A DNA stretch of 64,000 bases, taken from the IMG/VR virus record IMGVR_UViG_3300009104_000002, positions 64,001-128,000 of that record. One strand, written 5' to 3'. Position numbers and translations under genes: made by a program. The notes under the pieces are model-generated. The model saw nothing but the letters and a program-made list of their open reading frames with translations. It did no database searches and was not told the origin of the DNA. Shown one piece after another: positions 54,353 through 62,597 of this stretch. This DNA comes from a virus. How positions within the stretch are numbered: the first letter of the stretch is position 1; the number at the start of each line of letters is the position of its first letter.

Positions 54353-57300
54353 TAAATTGCCTTTCCTTCTGTAAATTTATGTCCTTCGACGATAATTGCC
54401 CAAATGGCAACATTATAGTTTGGAGTTCCGTCGTCGTCTAATTCGAAACGGATTGCAATTATATCGTCCTCATAATATTCCTCAATGGATAATGATTCAT
54501 ATTCTATAGAAAAGATTCTATTACTGAGATCATCAGTGGCGGCGGCGCCATCGGGCTGCATAGATAAAGATAGTGCGAGAGGGGCGGCCTTCGAGGTTAA
54601 AGTCTCTGTGTTGTCAAATTGGCGAGCAGTGGGAACCTTGCCTCCAGCGGGGTCCGCAACTTCTACCCCCGTGACCCCAAGTGGCATAGCAGATAAAATT
54701 CCGGTTGGGAAAGTAGTTACTCCAGTTGCGTTGTCCAGAGAATATAAGACCTTAAAAGTCAAAGGGAATGATGTGTTGATTCCAGACGGGAGTGCAAATT
54801 GAGTATAAATTGCATCACCATTCTGGTTTAAGAGGGAGTTCGGCATGTTGTGGGTCCAAGCATTTGGGGACACACCCGAACCAACTGAAATATCTGCTGT
54901 GACCACTCCACCCGTTTCTCCGAATATATTGCCGGCGCCTACAAGAGTCTGTTTCCACGCTGCTGAACCATGCGATTGTCTAACCCCTTCCGCGCTAACC
55001 ATGAAGTGGGAAGGCGTAAGCCACCAGCGCTCGAAAGTTGGAAGGCTGGCAGATGTTGTTATTCTGCATCTTGACCAATAAGCGTCTATGCCGTCAACCG
55101 AGGAAGTTGCCCAAGTTGTGCTTGGTGTTGTGCCAAGTCTTGTAAATTCTTTACTTGAAGATCTCATGAACGGATTGTTTGCGTATCTATATCCCTCCCC
55201 CAAGGACGTACACATGTAATCAATATCTGTCCAAGCTGTGCCATTCCAAATTTCGAAAGCATACGCGCCGGTGAGGGAGCCGACCGTGGTGTCAACGAGG
55301 GTTCCGAAATTCTTCACCAGCTCACCGTCAGAGGTCTTCCGGAGTGATCCATAATAAATACAATGATCTACTGCTCCACCCTCAAAAGTGAATGTTGAAT
55401 CAGCCAACGAAGAAGCCGTGGTTGATACATCGGTGACATTACCAACAGTTGTGGAAGTGTCTGTTCCGTCGCTCGTATAAACCTTGGTATTTATTCCATA
55501 CGAGGCGCCCTTGCCAGCCATCAGGCCAGCACCCTTTTCTGGGAAGCCGGCGATAAAATCGACACCAAGGAGTCTGGCTGCACCCAAATAGTTATCCCCT
55601 TTCTTTTGGGAATAGAATGCCTCGAATTGAGTGTCTAGGCCAGAGGGTGGGAAAAAATATGTTGGAACTATATTGGCGTTTATTAGATCAATGCTAGTTG
55701 CGCTTGTCCAAGTTGTGCCAAGATCCATCTTGACTGTATATGTTGATGGTTCAATTTTTCCACCATTTATTTCTACCGAAACACCGTCTTGCAGGAGGTT
55801 CATGCCATTTTGGACATTGAACCAATTGACGTTTAAACAAACCGCAGTTGCCGAACCAGAAACTGTTAGTGTGTTTACAACATTCGGGTTTCCGGCGTTA
55901 AAATTGATAAGTTGGGCCCGCCCAGAACCCTCTGCTATTGCCACATTTTCTATGACACCTGTGGCTCCGGGAACGTGTATTGACTCGAAAGCCATGACTC
56001 CCTGATCCACTCTTATAACAGAATTTAATCCACCCACAGCTAGTCTAACTTCCGCGCCGATGACCTTTCCCGTGCCCGTCTTTACAAAGCCGTCCCCAAG
56101 ACCAGAGGCGCCATCGCCGGCATAAGCCAAAGAATAGGCCTGCATTGTGCCACCCGTGCCAGTGAACCTAATTCCGGCGTTGCCAGATCCGGTTGGAACA
56201 TGGATGGTGAATCCCTCAACCCAAGTATCATCAACTGTCGCAATGATGTCGGTTGCCGACGATGTTATGCCCAAAGAGGTTTGAGTGTATCCGGCAGGAG
56301 CCAACAGGGCACGGCCGGTGGGGAGAGACAGACCGGATTCTGGATAGTCTCCAGGACCAACATAGATGACATCTCCGGATAAAGAGTCGGTAATCGCCGC
56401 GCCGACTGTCAAATAGGGAAGCGATTCATTTCCTCTTGTTGCGGTTCCATCATTTCCATTGACGCTATCGACAAAGAGAGAGTTGCCAACCAAAAGAGAT
56501 GCATTTACGTTTGTTAAATTTGAACCGTCACCGTAGAAAAATGATCCTGAGATGTTTCCTGAGCCAGAGATGTCTCCCGTGACCGTTAGTGTGTCTGTTG
56601 TCTTATTCCATGTAAATTCCGCATCTCCATTAAAAACACCGCCATCATTAAATTGGATTTGCGTGTCTAAACCACCCGGAGATCCTGCTGGAAGATTTGT
56701 TAAATTTGATCCGTCGCCATATAAGAAACTGGCAGATACAAGGGAGCTTGCTGTTACGTTTGTCACGCTAATCGTAGCTGGCAATCTTGCGTTGTCGAGA
56801 GTTCCCGCTGAAATGTTTGACGCATTTAGATCTGTTAAATTTGCGCCTCCACCATAAAAGTCAGAGCCCGAGATGTTTCCAGAGCCGCTTACTCCGCCGA
56901 GAGTTAGAATGTTGTTTAGTTTGTCCCAAGTAAATTCTGTGTCTGATGCAAATTTACCCGCTTCCTTATATTGAACCTGTGTGTCTGATCCTGCTGCAAT
57001 TCCGGTTAAATTCGATCCATCTCCGTAAAAAGAACTTGCGGAGACGAGAGTGCTCGCAGTTACGTTGGTGACACTAATTGTTGCTGGTAGTCTAACATTG
57101 TCTAAGGTTCCTGCCGAAATGTTGGATGCGTTTAGATCTGTTAAATTTGTCCCATTGCCGTAAAAAGCGCTACCTGATATATTAACCGAGGCGCTTATGT
57201 CACCCGTAATGGATAACTGATTTGCTGTTTTATCCCACACAAAATCTGAGTCTGCACCAAAGGCGCCACCGTCGTTAAATTGAATTTCTGTGTTTAGACC

Positions 57301-58281
57301 AGCAGGGTCGGTGGCCACATTTGTTAAGTTTGAGCCGTCACCGTAAAACAAGCTGGCAGAAACCAAATTGCTGGCTGTTATATTTGTTACGCTGATCGTT
57401 GCTGGAAGGTGTGAATTATCGAGAGTTCCTGCGGATATATTGGAGGCGTTTAAATCGGTCAGATTTGAGCCTCCGCCATAGAAATCTGATCCAGAGACAT
57501 TTCCGGAGCCAGATATATCTCCAGTTACAGCCAAAGTTGTGCCATCGAATGTTAAGCTCGCCTCACCCTGGACCGTTGTCGCATCTACAGAGGTGACAAT
57601 TCTGTCATCTCCCGGAGTATCATAGGTTGTAATGGCCGCAGAAGGTAAATTCGTCAACCCAGAGCCATCACCATAGAAGAAGGCGCCCGAAATGTTGGAA
57701 GAAGCTGTGATATTTCCTGTGACTGTGAGGGAATTACTTCCTGTTAGCCAAACAAGGTCTGCGTCTGCTGCGGTCACTCCGTCAGCATTAAACTGAATTT
57801 CTGTATTTGAGCCGGCGGGTGCTGCTGTTGCTGTGACTCCCGTTAGACCAGAACCATCACCATAAAAGAAGGCGCCTGAAACATTTGCAGACGCGGTAAT
57901 GTCGCCTGTTATGGTCAGTGCGCTTGTTGTGTCATTCCAAGTAAAATTAGCATCACCAGCGAAAGCACCTCCGTCATTATATTGAACAGATGTTAAAGGT
58001 GCGCCGGGTGTTGTGGCGCCCCCACCAACGATTGAGCTTGCTGAAAGCGGGCCGTCAATAAAAACTGATCCAGTAAATTGGTGAGTATCGTCAGGAGTAT
58101 CACCGAATTTCGTATTACCGTCCGCATCAATGTGAGTTACGTTTGTATTAATAACGTTGACGTTATATTCATTGGCAGTAATGGTACCGGAAACAACGAG
58201 ATCCCCCTCTATATCGACAGGACCTCCTGTTACAACAAATTCACCACTAACATAATTTCTACTGGGTCTAAATCTTGACAT
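54352..58281 (-). CDS. long tail fibre-like protein with modular repeats (1309 aa)
   Basis: GNTKFGDTPDDTHQFTGS; nine SxxxFYGxGxxLT repeats; five TEIQFNDGG.F..D..F.W repeats. Confidence 0.7.
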   Translation of the reverse strand: MSRFRPSRNYVSGEFVVTGGPVDIEGDLVVSGTITANEYNVNVINTNVTHIDADGNTKFGDTPDDTHQFTGSVFIDGPLSASSIVGGGATTPGAPLTSVQYNDGGAFAGDANFTWNDTTSALTITGDITASANVSGAFFYGDGSGLTGVTATAAPAGSNTEIQFNADGVTAADADLVWLTGSNSLTVTGNITASSNISGAFFYGDGSGLTNLPSAAITTYDTPGDDRIVTSVDATTVQGEASLTFDGTTLAVTGDISGSGNVSGSDFYGGGSNLTDLNASNISAGTLDNSHLPATISVTNITASNLVSASLFYGDGSNLTNVATDPAGLNTEIQFNDGGAFGADSDFVWDKTANQLSITGDISASVNISGSAFYGNGTNLTDLNASNISAGTLDNVRLPATISVTNVTASTLVSASSFYGDGSNLTGIAAGSDTQVQYKEAGKFASDTEFTWDKLNNILTLGGVSGSGNISGSDFYGGGANLTDLNASNISAGTLDNARLPATISVTNVTASSLVSASFLYGDGSNLTNLPAGSPGGLDTQIQFNDGGVFNGDAEFTWNKTTDTLTVTGDISGSGNISGSFFYGDGSNLTNVNASLLVGNSLFVDSVNGNDGTATRGNESLPYLTVGAAITDSLSGDVIYVGPGDYPESGLSLPTGRALLAPAGYTQTSLGITSSATDIIATVDDTWVEGFTIHVPTGSGNAGIRFTGTGGTMQAYSLAYAGDGASGLGDGFVKTGTGKVIGAEVRLAVGGLNSVIRVDQGVMAFESIHVPGATGVIENVAIAEGSGRAQLINFNAGNPNVVNTLTVSGSATAVCLNVNWFNVQNGMNLLQDGVSVEINGGKIEPSTYTVKMDLGTTWTSATSIDLINANIVPTYFFPPSGLDTQFEAFYSQKKGDNYLGAARLLGVDFIAGFPEKGAGLMAGKGASYGINTKVYTSDGTDTSTTVGNVTDVSTTASSLADSTFTFEGGAVDHCIYYGSLRKTSDGELVKNFGTLVDTTVGSLTGAYAFEIWNGTAWTDIDYMCTSLGEGYRYANNPFMRSSSKEFTRLGTTPSTTWATSSVDGIDAYWSRCRITTSASLPTFERWWLTPSHFMVSAEGVRQSHGSAAWKQTLVGAGNIFGETGGVVTADISVGSGVSPNAWTHNMPNSLLNQNGDAIYTQFALPSGINTSFPLTFKVLYSLDNATGVTTFPTGILSAMPLGVTGVEVADPAGGKVPTARQFDNTETLTSKAAPLALSLSMQPDGAAATDDLSNRIFSIEYESLSIEEYYEDDIIAIRFELDDDGTPNYNVAIWAIIVEGHKFTEGKAI

Positions 58282-59786
58282 TATGGAATAGCTCCTCCGA
58301 GAAGGCCCTCGACGGCGGCCGCCAATCTATCAATTGCATCTTGCGAATCATCTGGGGCAGTTGCTGCCCAATCTCCCGGAGTTCCCGGAGAATAGCGAAT
58401 TTCGTATTCTTTAAATGGTGGATTTGCGCCGCTAATAAAAGTTAAATCTGGCATCGTACTTATATTTGAGGTTCCGCCGTCAGCGGAGACCACATTGATA
58501 CCAAGAGAGCTTGACAGGGAAGAGTTGGGATTATAGAAAACTCTCGCTCCATTTGCTGCCTCGACAGCATAATCTCCCGTAATTGCTCCGTACATTTCTG
58601 GCAAATCAACGACCCCATCGTAATAATCGGATGCTATCGTATTTACCCCAACGGCGCGGGGGCATGTTGTGGAGCCAGTAAACTCAAGAAATCTAAAAAG
58701 TGCCGCATTTGAATCATAAGTCGTTGTGCCATTCACCTGAATGCCATCTGATTCTCTAAACACAACTTCCCCTTGAACAATTAATGATCCTGCACTAAGT
58801 GCCTTAATCAATTGGTTTGATCCGTCCATAACTGTCGATTTAATATAAAGGGCGCCCTGCGTTCCTCCGTTTAGGGCAGTTGTCATTTGAGAATAACATG
58901 TTGTTATATTAACTCTTCCAAAGTTGGCAGATAGTGCCTTCAATATTGAGCCTGGTGCACCAAACTTGCAGCCATTATAAACGATCTTTTGAACACACTT
59001 ATTATAAAGAGTGGTTCCGGCGCCAGCTGCGGGATCTGCATCGAACTCGATATCCCAAAATGTCAACTCTGAAGAAAAGTGAACACTAGGATCTGATGTG
59101 CTTCCGTTTACAGCATCGGGTGGGATGACGAATTTTGTACCAAGGCCCTTAATTGAAAGAGTGTTTGTTCCTGGGAGGCTTGTGGGACCCTGAGAGTGGG
59201 CGATATAAAGTCTGGTGGCAGGGCCAGATGTAGCCTCGTTTGCGTAAATCCAAGCTTTTCGGAAAGGTAAAAATCCATTGTCCCCAATCTCAATCGGGCT
59301 GCCTCGCAAATCGTCTTCTGCGTAAGTGCTCCCAAGAATTGCATCGATAATCGAGCCATCTGCTTTCGAGGAAGAAACTGTCGTCCAGGTGCCAGCGTCA
59401 AGACTTGATGTTGTACCATAGAAGATGGCATTATGGGCTTGAAAATTTAAAGGAAGGGTATAGTCGCCCTGTGCGCAGTAGACAGAAACAGCCTGATAAG
59501 TGCCCCCCGAATCGTAAAGCTCAATTCCAGTTGGTATTCTTTCCAATACCTTCTTTAGTGTTTTCAGGGCACTACCAGAGGTTAGGCCATCATTTTTATC
59601 ACTTCCAGATGAAGAATCGACATATAAGTTGAGTGTTTCTCCAACTTCTCCGCCGTAGCCCAGACCATCGCCTCCGTCGTCAAGCAAATAGCGGCGGACG
59701 CCTTCAATATTTTTTGAGACATCCAAATCTCCATCTATCGTGGAGTCCCCAGATATTCTACTCCTACTTGGCCTATATCTTGACAT
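58281..59786 (-). CDS. putative tail spike/beta-helix-like structural protein
   Basis: LYVDSSSGSDKNDGLTSGSALKTL...V.CAQGDY motif typical of pectin-lyase-fold proteins. Confidence 0.5.
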   Translation of the reverse strand: MSRYRPSRSRISGDSTIDGDLDVSKNIEGVRRYLLDDGGDGLGYGGEVGETLNLYVDSSSGSDKNDGLTSGSALKTLKKVLERIPTGIELYDSGGTYQAVSVYCAQGDYTLPLNFQAHNAIFYGTTSSLDAGTWTTVSSSKADGSIIDAILGSTYAEDDLRGSPIEIGDNGFLPFRKAWIYANEATSGPATRLYIAHSQGPTSLPGTNTLSIKGLGTKFVIPPDAVNGSTSDPSVHFSSELTFWDIEFDADPAAGAGTTLYNKCVQKIVYNGCKFGAPGSILKALSANFGRVNITTCYSQMTTALNGGTQGALYIKSTVMDGSNQLIKALSAGSLIVQGEVVFRESDGIQVNGTTTYDSNAALFRFLEFTGSTTCPRAVGVNTIASDYYDGVVDLPEMYGAITGDYAVEAANGARVFYNPNSSLSSSLGINVVSADGGTSNISTMPDLTFISGANPPFKEYEIRYSPGTPGDWAATAPDDSQDAIDRLAAAVEGLLGGAIP

Positions 59787-59801
59787 ATTTCTTCCCTCTC
59801 A

Positions 59802-59810
59802 ATAAATAGT
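59802..59810 (-). promoter_or_regulatory. putative late promoter motif ACTATTTAT
   Basis: Upstream of the spike/fibre genes. Confidence 0.55.
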
Positions 59811-59822
59811 CAAAAAAATAAA

Positions 59823-60245
59823 CTAAATCATGTTTTTCCAATTGTTTCCGCCGGCAATTGCCATAATTCCACTTATATCAACGCCGGGATCATCTGGAGA
59901 ATAATTTGATAGTGGGCCATTGCTTGTTTTTTGGCCTGGGGATCCGGGCCTCTTGATGGGTTCAACGTTTTCGAATATTCCCGCAAAACCACCACCGAGT
60001 GATTCTTCTAATTTTCTTTTTTTCGCACTCATGGATTGCCGAGCCTCTTCTTGAAGCTCGACTCGCTGTCTTGAGAAGTCGCGTTCTGGCTCTGGCGTCT
60101 TGGCTTCAACAATCGTTTGCTGGGAGCCAATACCAACTGCCACCTCTTTGATTAAATTTGACAAAACTCCCTCTTCAAAAATGACTTCTTTGATGCATTG
60201 CTTAATGAGGGGTTTTAAAATTTTTTGTAGTTCTTGTTTTTTCAT
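59823..60245 (-). CDS. hypothetical head-module protein
   Basis: MKKQELQKILKPLIKQCIKEVIFEEG; follows the protease gene. Confidence 0.6.
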   Translation of the reverse strand: MKKQELQKILKPLIKQCIKEVIFEEGVLSNLIKEVAVGIGSQQTIVEAKTPEPERDFSRQRVELQEEARQSMSAKKRKLEESLGGGFAGIFENVEPIKRPGSPGQKTSNGPLSNYSPDDPGVDISGIMAIAGGNNWKNMI

Positions 60246-60856
60246 TTATTATCCAAAATATTGTTCAAGGCACGATTAATCCTATCGGCTTTAGTAAAAA
60301 TGTTTGGCTCTTTATATTGCTTGCCTTCCTGCAAATTCATAAATGCATTTGGCGTGCTTGGCTCTGAGACAAAATCAAAGCAAATAAGCTGAAAATCATC
60401 TTCGACCATTGTTCCCTGTTGTCCTTCTGTGACCGAACCAAGTCCTCGCGAAGAAATACCCAATTGAACTCCCGATTCAACGAGGGATCTCAAAATCCCT
60501 CCGGATGGAGTATCGAGAATTTTAACTGTTCCCATAACTTTTGGGCCATCTGCCCAGATATTTGTAACCATGTGGCTTGCATTTTTTAGATTAATAACGG
60601 AATCGTCTGGATGATCCAGCTCGCCCAGGGCACGCCGCTCTTTGACAAGTTTTTGATATGTTTTTATCTCTCTCATAAGAGTTTGCATAGGATAAATTCT
60701 CCCATTACCATTCGGAGTCTCAGCTAGCTGCATTAACCCAGTAAGATACATGGAATTATTTTCTGTGATATCTCTCTTTTCTGCCTCTGTCAGAAGATCT
60801 TGGCAGATGCCCCCTTCGCAGAGAGCGTAGTATTCTCTTAGTAAAATTTTACTCAT
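60242..60856 (-). CDS. prohead core protein protease (gp21-like)
   Basis: NGNGRIY, ALGELDHP, SHMVT, LGISSRGLGS, DFVSEPSTPNA. Confidence 0.95.
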   Translation of the reverse strand: MSKILLREYYALCEGGICQDLLTEAEKRDITENNSMYLTGLMQLAETPNGNGRIYPMQTLMREIKTYQKLVKERRALGELDHPDDSVINLKNASHMVTNIWADGPKVMGTVKILDTPSGGILRSLVESGVQLGISSRGLGSVTEGQQGTMVEDDFQLICFDFVSEPSTPNAFMNLQEGKQYKEPNIFTKADRINRALNNILDNK

Positions 60857-60932
60857 TTTCTCCCCTCCCTAAAAGTAGTCAACAACCGTTTTTGCAGCGG
60901 CGGACGTTTTGAAGCATATATCTTTTAAGCAT

Positions 60933-61226
60933 TTAATCACCTCCCTTGTTTTGGATTTTGATGCCACAGTCGTCAAAGACCATGTTTAGTATATATGATG
61001 TCCCTGAACTTAGCCAGCCGCAAATTAAAAAATTCACGGGCGTTAATTCATAAGTAAATAGTTCGGTAAAAGGATTAACGCCGCATAAAAAGACACCAAC
61101 CCAAAATCCCACACACATAGGGCAAGTCCAAAAATAACCACTTGGCCTTATCTTGGCAAAAACTTTTCCGTAACAAAGAAGTTGAGTCAAGCCGTAGGCT
61201 GTTAGGATAAAATAAAAAAGACTCAC
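60933..61226 (-). CDS. small membrane protein, DUF1360-like
   Basis: Probable GTG start overlapping the upstream TAG; hydrophobic helices; CPMCVGFWVG. Confidence 0.55.
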   Translation of the reverse strand: MSLFYFILTAYGLTQLLCYGKVFAKIRPSGYFWTCPMCVGFWVGVFLCGVNPFTELFTYELTPVNFLICGWLSSGTSYILNMVFDDCGIKIQNKGGD

Positions 61227-61777
61227 TAGTCCTTCTTTTGTTCTTCGAGCATATAGCTCATCCAATATGGCTGATAAGTGTATCCCGGCTTGATTGACCC
61301 CTTTTCTGCAGCCTGCGGAACTTCTCCAAGCTCTGTTGAGTCTTTATCTGTGGGGTGTGTATAATAATCATCGAGCATCTTTTCATAATCTTCAATATAA
61401 TCATAATATGGTTGCTCTTCTTTTAAAAATTTATAAATTCCATAAATTGTGTAATCTACAGCGTTGATGTCCTCATCTTTCGGAGTCGGAATTAGACCCT
61501 CAAGAGACCCATAAACACTACCTCCCCTTACGGACTCGTAATCAACCACTCCGCGCCTCTTTAGAAATTCAAAAAGACGACTTTGCGCCTCATAAACTGT
61601 TTCCGAAAAGTCATTTTTAGCGAAAGTTACGACTTTGCTCTTTTGCGGCATTATTACAATATCCATTTCTTCGTGATCAAAAATTAGAATATTCCCATCC
61701 AGAGATTTTCTAGCTTTTAATTCTAGAGTAACTGTTTTTTCTAGATGTGCGCCTCCGACCTGAATTGTAATTGGCAT
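61226..61777 (-). CDS. hypothetical head-module protein
   Basis: ORF tiles with its neighbours. Confidence 0.6.
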   Translation of the reverse strand: MPITIQVGGAHLEKTVTLELKARKSLDGNILIFDHEEMDIVIMPQKSKVVTFAKNDFSETVYEAQSRLFEFLKRRGVVDYESVRGGSVYGSLEGLIPTPKDEDINAVDYTIYGIYKFLKEEQPYYDYIEDYEKMLDDYYTHPTDKDSTELGEVPQAAEKGSIKPGYTYQPYWMSYMLEEQKKD

Positions 61778-61778
61778 T

Positions 61779-62597
61779 TTATTGTAATTCCTTAACTAAA
61801 TTCTGAATTTTTAGAATTTCGTGAATAAATTTATTATCAAGAGTTCGCTTTGATGTTGATTCCAATATTTCTAAAACTTTTTTTGTTTTTTCGAACATCT
61901 CTACGTCTGATTTTATCTCTCTCGAATTTAAAGATTCAGTTACCGCCCTTCTTAATCTTGGTATTTCTTCATTTAAAAAAATTTTCATTTCAACACCATT
62001 ATCCGAAAATGACCCAATATATCTGCTTAAAAGAAGTTTTTGCTCTTCTAAAAGTTGTCCTGAGTATTTTTCATTGAATTTTTTAACGAATGTCTTATAT
62101 GTTAAATTATCAATTGGCTTTAATAAATCCCTATCCTTCTCTTCTTGACTAATCATACCGCTAACCATTTGATTTTCCAGCAATACTCTTTGTCTTGTTT
62201 TAACCCTAGGATTGAAAATTTGGAAAACTGTTGCCAAATCTTTATAGTTTGGAATAAAATTTGAAAAAACCTCCGAGGATACATTCTTATTTATCTTATT
62301 GATAATCGCACTCTGCTCTTCGAAGAGCTGTTTATGATTTATTCCCTTTTTCTGCATTCTTGATTCAAAAATAATTCTTTGGGCAGTATTTTTATCTACA
62401 TTCTTAGTATAAAGGATGGATTTATAAATTTCCAAATCTTTAGCCAAAGTAGTGTTGCCCTTAAAGTGCTCTCTTATCAGCGTCATTATCGTGCGCTTTT
62501 TATGATCATCTTTATCAATAACTGACTTTGTCAATTCTCTTATTAGCGCCTCAAAAATAAAGGCTGTATTACGCTTTTTGTTGTGTTTCATCTTCAT
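61779..62597 (-). CDS. hypothetical head-module protein (KHNKKRNT N-terminus)
   Basis: Long helical ORF directly after the portal gene. Confidence 0.65.
   Translation of the reverse strand: MKMKHNKKRNTAFIFEALIRELTKSVIDKDDHKKRTIMTLIREHFKGNTTLAKDLEIYKSILYTKNVDKNTAQRIIFESRMQKKGINHKQLFEEQSAIINKINKNVSSEVFSNFIPNYKDLATVFQIFNPRVKTRQRVLLENQMVSGMISQEEKDRDLLKPIDNLTYKTFVKKFNEKYSGQLLEEQKLLLSRYIGSFSDNGVEMKIFLNEEIPRLRRAVTESLNSREIKSDVEMFEKTKKVLEILESTSKRTLDNKFIHEILKIQNLVKELQ

Noticed and set aside
54352-58281. Diversity-generating retroelement (TR/VR pair) behind the fibre or LamG repeats
   Set aside because: No reverse transcriptase lies in the window, and the repeat mismatches are not adenine-specific; they look like ordinary duplications
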